From Chiloscyllium plagiosum (lineage: Eukaryota), in assembly GCF_004010195.1 (NCBI RefSeq), contig NC_057755.1:9527306-9591305 (forward strand): a stretch of 64,000 nt of DNA, written 5' to 3'. This document shows, piece after piece, positions 52,446-64,000 of the stretch. A program made the position numbers and the translations under genes. Below the pieces are notes generated by a model that did not search any database, had not been told where the DNA came from, and saw only the letters and a list, made by a program, of their open reading frames with translations. Numbering within the stretch: position 1 is the stretch's first letter; every line of letters begins with the position of its first letter.

Positions 52446-54389
52446 AAGAATGTGTCATCTTGTAGATCTGTCCAGAATCATGGGCGACTGCTTGAAAATT
52501 AAGGATATCTTTTTTCTAACAAAGCTTCAGTTAATTTTACTTCTCTTCATGTTTTGTTTGACTTTGGAACTTGCAGTCTCTGCACATTGGTGGTTGAGAG
52601 TTAATTAAGAAGTTTTAAATTCAGGAAGGATGTATTCCTAACAGGAAAACCAATTAAGTATATTTGGGGAATGGGGGAGAAGTGTCTTTGAATAAGAAAT
52701 TGGAAACACGAACAGAGCAACAATGATCTCCTTGAATAGCTGGACAATCTCAACCTGAAAGGTATGGTACTGCTCCAGTTTCCTAAATTCTTATATGACT
52801 ATGTCCTCAAACTGAACAGTTTTTTTTTGTTTTACTGTTAATATTGCAGGCATAAAGCTGCAAACATGTCTCGCTCCTTAGTAAATGCAAAATGTGATGA
52901 CTGTTATAGTCTCATGTGCCCTCAGATAGACCATAAGACCATAAGGCATCACAGCAGAGATTAGCGAATTCAGCCCAATAATTCTGCTCCACCATTCAAT
53001 CATGACTGGCACTTTTCTCACACCCATTATGCCACTTTCTCCCTATACCCCTTGATTCCCTTAACAATCAATAACCGATCTACATCTGTCTCAAATATAA
53101 TCAATGACCTCGAATCCACAACCTTCTGTGGCAGTGAATTCCATAGACTCACCAATTTATGGCTTCAGTTAATGGGCAAAATTTTAATTTTCTCTCAATT
53201 GGCTCATAGGCCCGTTTGCAACACCGAATAATACTGACAGAAAGGTTTAATTAACGCATTGGGAACAATCCAAGAAGATTCAATCTTTCCCCTTGTCTGA
53301 GGTTGTGACCCTCAGATTAAAACACCCCCAGTTGTTCCCCTTTGATGAAAGAGCGAGACTACAGGATAATTACATATGTATTTAATTCACAAACTGTACC
53401 CTCCTCTATTTGTGTACATTTACGTTGGTTAAGTCCAGCACATGATACAAACCAATGTCATTAGAAAATGTGCAGATATTTGTCAGTTCCTGGAAGTCAT
53501 GATCCAATATACAAAGCGACTACCCAAAAGAGAAACATTAACATGCCACTTAATTAAAAAAATTAAACATGACACAATTCTAGAGGAGGATGTGTAACTT
53601 TCAAATCAACACAATATTCACTGTTCATAGTACTTAGTTCTGAAGAAAAGTTAATTGAATTTAAACTTTATCTCTGCTTTCACTAGATAGACTATGCCAA
53701 ACTTGCCAAGTTTCTCCATCAGTTTCTGCTTTTGTGAAAGTATTTGTTGCCTATACCTTGGAATGAAATGCTCTGAAAGTGACAGTGGTGATATGAGATT
53801 TTGTTCTTCGCATCCTGCAATGCAACTGTGAGGCGAAGGACGTGGAAACTGCTCAAACTGTGAAGCATCCGCAACAGGATAAAATGCTCAACAGCATTCG
53901 TTTTTGCTAGTGAAAGCATTAGGAGTTCGAAATGCTGCTTATGACTTTGCAGACTTCATAGGCTTAAAGGAAATATCTCAAAACTTCGCCCCAGTGGTCT
54001 TGCATCTCTGCCGGACCTTCGTTCTTTATTGTAGAAATCATCAGGGGGACATTGGACTATTCCAGTTGCTAAATTTGTAAATAGGCTATATTCAAACGAA
54101 GCTAATTATTTATAACATCTAATAGAATATTAACACAAATCACTGAAAGAAGACAACGCAATTATAGATGCATTGTTCCAAGTGAAAATTATCAAAGAAA
54201 CTTAATGTTTACAGAAATGCAGAAATGAATAAGATTGTGTTAATCTGCTATATAGTGAAGTGAATGACTGAATTCATGGTATGAATAGATCATTGATAAA
54301 GCCGGTTAGTATTTTGTGTTGTGGTCAGTTATTAGATCAGAATAGATGAATGTTTCTGCTCTTTGTTTTCTTTTAATTTCTGCTCGTTC

Positions 54390-54770
54390 TTTCTTCATTT
54401 GTGGCATGTGAAACTCACTGGTTTCGTCAGTATTTATTACCCATCTGTATTTGCCACTTGATAAGGTGGTGGTGAGGTGCCCTTTTGAATTGTAGAAGTC
54501 CTCCTGCTGTGGGTTAACACACAATGGCATTCAGGAGGGAGCTCCAGGATTTGAACAAGTGGCAATGAAGGAACAGCAATATATTTCTAATTCAATCTGA
54601 TGACTGGCTTTCACTGAATTGGTGTTGGCGCTTTCATGTATTTGCTGCCCCTGTCCTTTCAGGTGATAGTGTTCCTACGTCTGACAGGCTCTTCTTTAGG
54701 ATCTTTGGTGAATTTGGTGAAATGTGCACATCCATGTCGTGGCATTGCATCTTGGCTGTGGTTGCCTGTT
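54390..54770 (-). mobile_element. L2-like LINE 3' fragment
   Basis: Homologous to 14375..14660. Confidence 0.5.
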
Positions 54771-57034
54771 TGTGTTGTACATCTGCAGAGTGCTTTATTG
54801 TGTTATCGATAAACTGGTGAAGGTGGTCAACATATTCTCTTTGATTATTGTGTGATGCTCGACATGTATTTGTGTTCTGTGTTGACCGTGGATGAACCTG
54901 GAAAAATAATTTGCTTTGTGTGTATTCCTGAATAAATATTGGGATTGAAAATACCCTCGGAAATGAATATTTCTCCGTGAAAGACGTGAATATGCAAGAT
55001 GGTCAATCAGCATAATCAGGAATTACCCTGTGTTTTCTTAGATCTAATGAATAGAACCGATGATGAAAGAGGTGACGATGCATTTTGTACCTGACCGAAG
55101 CATTAATCAGTCCATTGATCCACTTCATATGAACTGCTCTGCATGCTGTTTGTAATTGTAACTATTGTATCCATTGAGCATTGGATGTTATCTGCCATTC
55201 GTGCCTAATTTGCTGCTGGAATCATTTATTAGATAATTACGAGTCCTACAATTTTAGATTGATTAGTCTACTGTATATATCACTGTCTGTAATGTTCTCT
55301 CCCCCGTTGCTGTGTGCTCATATGAATCTCTGTCATTCTTACACACATTTCCAACTGTCCCCTCCTCACAATGAAACCATCGTCCAAAAGGAACGATCTG
55401 TCCTGACAGAAAAGCAGCTGGTGTTCAGTTTAACATGAGAGTCACCTTACTGTAGGCGAAATGTGAGGGTGAAAAAACAGGGAATTCTTTGAAACTCAGC
55501 TGGCAAGTGAAATGTATCCATGCTGCTAGCGTCACTCTGCATTGCAAAACTGTTTTTTAGCCAACTGAGGTAAACATTACGATTTTCAACGAATTCCACT
55601 GTGATCATTGCGATCTTTAGTTACCGTAATAAAACATTTCACTATTGAAGCGAACGTCCTTGTTTAACATCTCTCGATAATCTGTTATCATCTTTCCATT
55701 TTTGACCATCCTTGCTCTCCTATAATGTTCTCTAATTTTGTAACCGTCTCTAGCCTGAATGCTTGTGATAAGATATGCATTTAAGAGGGATTTGCTTTGT
55801 TCTCTTTCGCTTGCTGAGGTGTGTTGTAAACTTTGAACTGAAATTTCTTCAACATGGAAATGTTTGTCTATAAGAAAATGTTCAAAAGAAGGTGAGAGGG
55901 TGGAGACAAGCTCACACAGAGAACCAACGTTTAGTTTCGCTTTCAGTTTCTGAAGCTTTTATTTTTTGCAGTTGAAGCTGCTCGCTAAAGTTCATACTCT
56001 CGTTCATCTTCTTTCTATCTCTATCGCTCTGTCGCTTTGAAAGCTTGAGTTCTTTCCCATCTGTTAAAGTCATTCTATCCATGGTTCTTCTGCTGGACTG
56101 GAAGAGGTAGCAAGTGAAGCCACTCTGTTTATGCTGAATTTGCGCTTTCACAGAACATGTTTATGGGATACTGAAATATTAGAAGAGTTGATGAGTTGCT
56201 TTTTAAAAAAAAAATAGTACTTTGTTCAGCATTTCGATCGTTCTGTCAAATATTTTACTTTTCCTTTTTTTCAAACCATGTTTTAAGAATAAAGTTTATG
56301 TTGCTTAATAACTTAACCAATCAAGTCAGTGCTGGAATTCAACAATATACAATCTCATTTAAATAAGGTAAACTCTACTGTCTAGATGATATCGTTGGTT
56401 TGTTTGATCAGTCTGTCTCGTCCAAAATCCACTTGTTCCATTTCCCTTGGTATATCCATTGATTAAAACTTCCCTATCTTTGCATACTCCACCAGACCCT
56501 AAATTCCATAACATCTGAGTAATGTAATTTCAAAACTTTAAAGCGATACAAAATGTCTGATCGTTGTATCCAGCTCCCTAAAATAAATTATAATATTCTA
56601 TAATCTGCTCAAGTGTTACAAATCTTCTTGTTTTCAGCAATTTCGTTGCAGTGCACAACCCTCTCTATATTGGGAATATGCCTACATTCCTGAAATTCCC
56701 ATTATCTCTATTAATTGCATGGTAGTAAAGAATTATTTGGCGGAACCATCCTATTGCCTGACATCCTACAGTTCAACAACAAACTCCCCTTACCTCACGA
56801 AATGCATTCAGCAGCTAATCTCCATTGCTACACGGCCTGGAAGCAGATCTCTCACACTGGCTGTAACTCAATGCTGCTTCCCTACCAATGCCGTTTATTG
56901 CTCAGTTACTACCCTCGACAACAGTTACTGACTTAGCTCAAAAAGGACAAGCATCACCGAACCACCAACTTTCCCATTTAATTAAAACCAACATTCAATT
57001 CACAATGGCTTGGTTAATAAATGTTTAACTACGG

Positions 57035-57700
57035 GAAACGTCGATAAAGTGTAGCGCTGAGAAATGCATCGCAGATCAGGTAGCATCTGAGGAGGAAGAG
57101 AGTCGATGATTCGAACATTCATCAGGACTGGCGAGAAGGAAGCGGGCTCTGAAATAAGGGGAAGAGTGTTGGGCCATGGGAAAGGCAGGTGAGATGGCGA
57201 AAGGTGGGAGAAAGTAGGAGGTGATTGTGATCAGTTACTGGGAAGACTGAAGCAGATAGTTGGAAAGGAAGATAGATAGGTAGGTTAAGTCAAGAGGGTG
57301 GTGCCGAATCGGAGATTTCGGTATGGGATGGGGTGGGATGGATGGGGAGATTACGAAACTAATCAATTCAATGTTGAGTCCATTTGATTGTTGAATGTCG
57401 AGGCAGAAGCTGCGATGTCAGTCCTCCAGTTAGATGTTGGTCTTTTTTTAACTCCGGGCAAGCAATTCATAACAGGCTAAAATCCAATCGCACATGCATC
57501 GGTTATCCAATGACTTTTCCTGAGCAGTCAACAAAATTGAAGGCTTGCCCCCAAGAACAGAAGGTCAGGCTGGCCAGGCGATATTTCGCAGTTCTTAGAG
57601 TGATCTCCACACTACCAAGCATGGGTCCACTACTTCACAAAGATTGTCAATCTGAGATTTCACTTCTGCTCTGACGAACTCCTTCATTTTTATTCTTAAT
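57035..57700 (-). mobile_element. Penelope-like 3' fragment
   Basis: Terminal repeat (cagcatc...gagtcgat...ttcatcagg) and a purine-rich spacer like 60830..61200. Confidence 0.55.
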
Positions 57701-58046
57701 TCTTTGCACTTGCTTGCAGAGGCCCTAACCCAGACAGGATGGAATCGAGATCCAATAGCCGTTTCTCATCTGAAAGAGACCTTTGTTTGTTGTGAATAGA
57801 ACCTTCCACCTGTACTTCTACATGATGTTGATGGTGTTCAAACAACAAACAAATTCGATAATTTCTACTTCACACAAAAGAGGCAGATAACGCTCTTTAT
57901 GAAAAATAATGAAGAAATACAGAGTTTTGATTACTCCACATTGACACAAATTTGAATTGAGGAAGTTGAAATGTAAGAGGTTTAGTTCTCTATATGAGCA
58001 CTTTCTGAGACAGTAGAACACAAGAAGACAGAGAATATAACATCTT

Positions 58047-58912
58047 TCACTGTTCCATTCGATTAAACAATGTCAGAATACTCGACAATAAACATGTCAA
58101 CACTTTCTTCAGCTCTTGCTGGAATTAACTTTGAACGGCTGCATAAATGCACATATTGGAACACGAATTTAAGTAAATGAGCATGTAACCAGTTTCAGTG
58201 GCAATGCAGGCTGAACCTGCATAATCACTTTGATAATGTGCGGTGTTTATAATCCTTGTTGCTAAAACGTTAAGATTTGCTGTCAGACACTGAAGAATAA
58301 AACTACCCGATATCGCCAAGTGTAAAATAATGGATTTTATACGATTCTCCACCTCTGGACCTTTTTGATTCTCACATTTGCATCCTTTGATGGCCCAGCG
58401 CTCCCTATTTGCGACTACAATACATCAGAATGTTCAGTAATGAAGCAGGTGTATCAAAGAAAATGAAAGACAAACAGTTAAGGTACTTTGCAATGAGGAG
58501 AATGCTGCACCTGCTGGAAAATTGAAGGATTCCAAATTGAGGCGACAACTTCACAGTACATGATCATTACTTGTTCAGGTTCATATGCAAACCAATGTTC
58601 ACAAGGTAAACCAAGGCAGTAACGCTCAAGAAAGTTTTCAGCCTCTCACAACATACAACTAAATATCGATCAAACGTGAACAACGCAGTGAAACACACTG
58701 CCATGGACAGGTTTGCAGCGTGCATGTCGATAACAAAGTGTCAAAATCCAGTGTAGGAGAAGAAGGAATTTATAAAATGTAAACTGAACATGTAATACAT
58801 ATCGAAGATCATCACGAGAAGAAGAGTTTATGCCATGGCGACAATGTAGACAGATGTAGAATCGGAGACGGAGCACTTTCCCCGGAGAGAATTATTATTG
58901 TCATCAGGTTGG
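58047..58912 (-). pseudogene. GPR139-like GPCR pseudogene, locus 5, exon 2
   Basis: Acceptor tttgcag|CCAAC; ANLMTIIILS then a frameshift, VYIVAMA* stop, TFDRY, ENRIKSIILHLAISGSFIL...SNMCIYAAVQS*, ending NRMEQ*. Confidence 0.88.
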
Positions 58913-59879
58913 CTGCAAATCAAATGAAGAAAAGATACAAAGCACACGACTATTGAGAGAACGAAAGTCTAAAACATTTGTGACAGAATACCCAATGATG
59001 TTACTTAAATGCACTTGCGTTTTGAACATTTCATGATGCCATACATCGCATGTGACACTCAGAATACAGAGACTTAATTCAGCATCATCTAGTTAAGTGC
59101 TTTCAACTATTAAACAGATGGAAGTATACTGTGGCAGTTGTGCTTAATATAGGTTTCGTGTGATATGAAATGCACACTGCCTGGCAATTCAAATTCGCCT
59201 CCCTATTGTTATATCCAAAGCACAGTAAATTTAAGTGATTCACTCGACACCAAACTTGACCACAATCTGTCTTCAGTAAACATTTTAATAACTAGTAATC
59301 ATTTGGGAGTAACTAACATCAGAATTTTTTTCAGTCAAAATTAAGACCAAACAAGTAATTGCCTGGGCAGCAACTTTAGCAGAGCAAAACTACACATAAA
59401 AGTAAGATAATAAAAATGCCGTCTAACATTTAAATCTAATCCTATTTAGTTCTGGCCCCAACTTTCACACAAATATAACCAAGCAAATGGACTTATTTAA
59501 TGGATAAATCAAAATTTGAAGAATGAGATAAAACCAGCCAGTTTACATCCACGTTCTCCACATTCCAATACATCACATCCACAGAGGATTGTGCCTTCAT
59601 CAGTTTCAGATAACATTGATGAATGCAGACAGTTTACAAAAGACTTCAATGAATTACAATATATTTCTGACAACTGAGATTCTCTTTTCCTGAAAGAAGG
59701 GCCGAATAGCCTCGTCCTCCTTCGATTTTCTATGTTTCTACCAGATTTATATCTTTTCACTGAGCACAACGACAGAAGGTGTCCCTGATGTCCCTTTCTG
59801 CTCTGTAACCGTTCAGTGATTGAAGCTACCGACTCAGCGTCACACATTCTTTGTTCCAACAAGATATCCTCAACTTTAC

Positions 59880-60782
59880 TAGCCCCACTTGGCTACGATT
59901 GCTCTATGTCCTTCTAACCCTGTCCTATTCATTTACAGGTCGAAATGTTTTTTTAATGTTAGAATTGCACCCTCCACCCAAATTTCCTCTGCCCCTCAGG
60001 TGTCTTTTAAAACTTTCCCCTCTCAATTTAAACCTTTGCCCTCTAGATTTTTATAAATCCGCACCCTTGCAAAAAGAACTTTGCTATTCACATTATCGAA
60101 GGCCTTGTAATATCGTAAACCTCTATAAGGTGACCCCTCAGATTCCTGTCCTCCACAGAAGAAAGGCTAAGCCTACCGAGCCCCTCTTTTTCACTCAAAC
60201 CCTGCAGGCCCAGCAACATCTTTGATGTTTTCAGTACCCTTCTAATTTAAATTCATCTTTCCGAAACCAGAGTGAGCCGAATTGTGCACAGTATTTCAAA
60301 AGTGTCATCAAAAGGGTCTCGTACTGTGGCAACTTGGCGCCCTAACGTCTGTACTCAAAGCTCAGACCACAGAAGGGAAACGTGGAAAACGCCTTTTTTC
60401 ATCATCCTGTTCTTGTGCAAAGTCTCCTTCAAGGAACTGTGTTGAGGCATCCCTGGAATCCTCTGACCAACATATCTCTCCGCAGCTTAACCATTAACCA
60501 TCTAAGTCCTGTGCTGGTTTGCCTCAAGGTCTTGTATTTATGTTAATTAAATTCAATTTGCAACTTCTCATCACACTGGTCAAGTTGTTCAAGAATTCCT
60601 TGGACTTCAATAACATTCTTCATGCACCCCACAGTACCAATGTTGGTGACATCCGCAAATTTACTCATTATAGCTCCTATATTCTCATCACCATTGTTGA
60701 AATAAATGACAAATAACAATGGACCAGAACTGATCCTTGCACCACACTACCAGTCACAAGCCTCCATTTGAAATAGTTGTCT
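59880..60782 (-). mobile_element. CR1 LINE RT and 3' fragment in the locus 5 intron
   Basis: WRLVTGSVVQGSVLV, FADVT, decayed C-terminus. Confidence 0.8.
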
Positions 60783-60810
60783 CTCCCGAAACTTTCATTT
60801 ACTGACATAC

Positions 60811-61794
60811 CAGGAATTCCAAAGACTTCGAGAAAGTGAGGACTGCAGATGCTGGAGATCAGAGTCGAGAGTGGGATGCTGGAAAAGCCCAGCAGGTGAG
60901 GCAGCATCCGAGGGGCAAGAAAATCAAAGTATCGGGTAGTAGCCCTTCATCAGGAATGAAGCTTGTGAGCCGAGGGGGTGAAAGAGATAAATGAGAGGAG
61001 AATGCGTCTGAGGGGAAGGTGGCTAGGAAGTCGATAGGTGGACAGAGGTGCAGGTAATGATGATAGGTAGGAGGAGAGTGGAGTGGATAACTGGGAAGGA
61101 AGATGGACAGGTATGACAGGTCATTTGGGACAGTGCCGGGTGGTAAGGTTGGAACTGGGATACTTCGTGTGGGGGGGAAATGAAGAAAGTGTTGAAATCC
61201 ACCTTGGTGCTATGTAGTTGGAGGGTCAAAAGGCGGAAGATGAGATGTCCTTCCTCGAGACGTTGTGTGATAAGGCTGTGGAGATGGAAGAGGCCGACTA
61301 CCTGCACGTCCTTAGCAGAGTGGGAGGGGGAGTTGAAGTTTTTGGCCACAGGACAGTGGGTCGCTTGGTGTGTGTGTCCTGGAGATGTTCTCTGAAGCAC
61401 TCTGCAAGTAGGCGTCCTGTCTCCCAAATGTAGAGGTGACCACATCGGATACAACGGATTCAGTATTATGTGTAAATGCACGGAAAACTGATGGATTTGC
61501 ACGGATACTTTGGTTCCTTGGATAGAGGTGTGGGCACAGGTTTTGTAATTCCTGCGGTGGTAAAGGAAGGTGCCAGGAGGGGAGGGTATGTTGGTGACTG
61601 GGCTTGGAACTTATAAGAGAGTAGTGGAGGGAATAGTCTTTATGGAAAGCTGATAGGGGAAGGAAGGGAAAATAATCTATGTTTATGGGGTCCGATTGTA
61701 GGTGGCGGAACTGACGGAGCATGATCCGATACATAATGGCTTTGAAAATGGGGTAAGAAATTACCTTTATCTGCACAGTTATTGATTGTGCTAT
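60811..61794 (-). pseudogene. Locus 5 exon 1, split by a Penelope-like insertion (5' part 61735..61794, 3' part 60811..60829)
   Basis: 5' part reads IAQSITVQIKVISYPIFKAI (ATA where paralogues have ATG); 3' part reads EVFGIP G|GTATGT with the donor intact. Confidence 0.85.
60830..61734 (-). mobile_element. Penelope-like element (5'-truncated, GIY-YIG region and terminal repeat) inserted in GPCR exon 1
   Basis: RIMLRQFRHLQSDP...LSAFHKDYSL, PVAKNFNSPSHS...RLEEGHLIFRL; terminus gagaaagtgaggactgcagatgctgg as at 9153. Confidence 0.85.
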
Positions 61795-62090
61795 TCTGAG
61801 AAGAATGTTTGGAATATATCCAGATTCCTGCTTTACTTGAAATGTATCTGGGGGCAGTGAATGTTCCTTATTTATCGAGTAATCTGTCCCTATTTGAGGA
61901 CAAGTTAAACATGTTGCAAAATGATCACAGTTATGTTCGCTGAAGAGGTTTTGCTGCTCGATGTCACCCAACTTGTCCATGAGGAGCTGACACAGCTGAC
62001 CAACAGATGCACCTTTCTCTCACGAGTAGAAATGAAGTAACTTTACAGAACGAAGATGATCAGCACATGCCCAGAGGAACAGGGAAATGT
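61795..62090 (-). promoter_or_regulatory. Degenerate promoter copy of pseudogene locus 5
   Basis: gaagaatgtttggaatatatccag...ctgaagaggttttgctgctc...gtccatgaggagctgac aligns with the locus 3 and 4 upstream blocks; TATA position altered. Confidence 0.55.
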
Positions 62091-62344
62091 CATTATTCTC
62101 ATTTATTGTGTTGGCGTTCTTTCTTTCTCTCCATTAAAAGAGATGGATTTTTGATCATGAAGTGACTCATTTTATGAGGAAAGTTTAGTGAAGTGAATGT
62201 AAGGATTGCTGGATCTCTCATGAACCTATTGAATGGTAACCCAGACCTGATGAGGCAAATGGAGAAAGATGCTGCCTGACCTGCTGTGCTGTTCCAGCAA
62301 TAAAGTTTCAACTGATGAGGCAAATGGCCTACTCTTATTCCTAT

Positions 62345-63060
62345 TTCAAAGAACAAAGAACACCACAGCGTGGGGCCAGACCTTGCAGACCTGCAAGCCT
62401 GCGCTGACACGTTTTGGTGTTCCATAATAAATCTCTCCTCACTTACAGAATCCATATCCCTGTCTTCTCTTCCCATTCATGTTTTCGTACAAGTGCTTCT
62501 TAAATGCTGTTGTAATGCCTGCTTCACAATCTCCTCTGGCAGCACATTCCATGCACTCAAACATCCCTTGAGTGAAAAAATAAGCGTGGCTCTCACATCT
62601 CGTTTAAACATCCCCCATCCGTCCGCTGCTTCGCACCTAAAGCCAATCACCCCGAGTAATTGGTCCTGTGAAAAAGCCTTAAATTTTCTACTCTAATCAT
62701 GCCATTCACTATCTGAGAAACTTATATCATTTTGTCCCTCATTCTCCTGTGTTACTGGGAAAAGAAACAGAGTCGGTTCAACCTTTCTTCATAGTTAAAG
62801 TCCGCCCTACCAGGCAATGTCCTGAGCCACCTTTTAAGCACCTCTGCAAAGTATCCACCTCTTTCTGAGTAGTGTGGTAGCAGACTCGTACAACGTATTC
62901 CAAGTGTGACCTAAATATAGTTTTATAAAGCTGCACCATAACCTACTTATCTTTATATTAAATGCCACTAGGAATGAAGACAAGTGTGCCACATACCTTT
63001 TTTAAAAAAATAACTTATCTACTTGAGCTGCCCTCTGCAGTGATCTGTAGACTCCCATGC
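62345..63060 (-). mobile_element. CR1 LINE 3' fragment
   Basis: ggcagcacattccatgcactc (= AWNVLP on the minus strand) and further RT C-terminal remnants. Confidence 0.65.
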
Positions 63061-63679
63061 CCTGTATCAATACAAAACAGTCCGTTGGTCTCACATAAAA
63101 AATGCTCTGGATGAGAAATTTGCATCTTTTTTAATTTTGGTGAATTATGTGACTAAGAAAATAAACTACGTTTTTAGTTTAAACTACAAGATTTAAACCA
63201 CAAGACGAGTGTATGTGTGTGGGGGGTGTGGGCGGGTGGGGGGTGAGTATTATGTACATATGGAGAAATATATGCTTTCATTTAACTTTTCATCAGTAAA
63301 CAGTGTGTATTGTCGCCTGAGTGCACTGATCATGGAGATGTCAATCTGGCAGACATGGTAACAACATTAGATTAAATGCTTGGTTTGTGAAGGAGGGGCA
63401 GGACACAGTTGCCACAGTTTAGATTTTGGCGATGCTGTGAGGGAAGGAAGTGATGCATAAGACAGCAATTTAGCCAAGCTGCATTTTAGTAAAATAGAGA
63501 TGCGAAACTGGATATCTTCGTCCAGACATTAGCTTAATACAGAATTAGTTATGCATTCATATTTCCTGATCCATTGACCATTCATCAGAAAACAGCAGTG
63601 AATGGCATTAAGATTAGAGAAACATAATGAAAGTAAGATGATTGCAGACATGAAGGACAGGAGGATATAATAGATTCAA

Positions 63680-64000
63680 TTGGGGCGATTGAGAGTTATA
63701 AGGTAGCCAGGAAGGATCTGAAGAGAGAGCTAAGAGCAGCAAGGAGGGGACATGAAAAGTCATTAGTTGGTAGGATTAGGGAAAACCCTAAGGCTTTCTA
63801 TAGGTATTTCAGGAATAAAAGAATGACGAGGGTAGGAATAGGTCCAGTCAAGGATAGTAGTGGGAAGTTGCGTGTGGAGGCTGAAGAGATTGGGGAGACA
63901 CTGAATGAATACTTTTCGTCAGTATTCACTCAGGAACAGGGCATTGTTGCCGATGTGAATATTGAATCACAATTAATTAGAATGGACGGCTTTGAAGTAT
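63680..64000 (+). mobile_element. CR1 LINE ORF2 fragment running off the window
   Basis: GRIRENPKAFYRYFRNKR, LNEYFSSVFTQE. Confidence 0.88.

Noticed and set aside
61312..61980. 222-aa ORF as a novel fusion gene
   Set aside because: Chance frame across promoter, dead exon 1 and Penelope sequence; no support for expression.
1..64000. Prokaryotic systems (CRISPR arrays, operons, retrons, rRNA)
   Set aside because: No repeat-spacer arrays or dense gene packing; spliced genes and vertebrate retroelements throughout.

Overview
Vertebrate nuclear DNA, very probably a cartilaginous fish (shark), judging from HE1-type SINEs, dense CR1 LINEs, Penelope-like elements and Gmr1-type LTR elements. The host content is a tandem cluster of five paralogous GPR139/GPR142-like class A GPCR loci. 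They share one architecture: a 70-nt first coding exon, a phase-1 intron inside TM1 and a ~910-nt second exon. Two loci are complete and intact on the minus strand: join(23806..23875,18839..19752), 327 aa, and join(48554..48623,45355..46265), 326 aa. One intact second exon (3119..4035, +) has no first exon that I could find in the window. Two loci are pseudogenes (13664..14362 + and 58047..61794 -); in the second, exon 1 is split by a Penelope-like insertion. The paralogues also share a promoter block, an intronic block and a downstream flank. Most of the remaining sequence is decayed retroelement, several Penelope termini carrying minimal hammerhead-ribozyme motifs. All alignments were done by eye and repeat boundaries are approximate.
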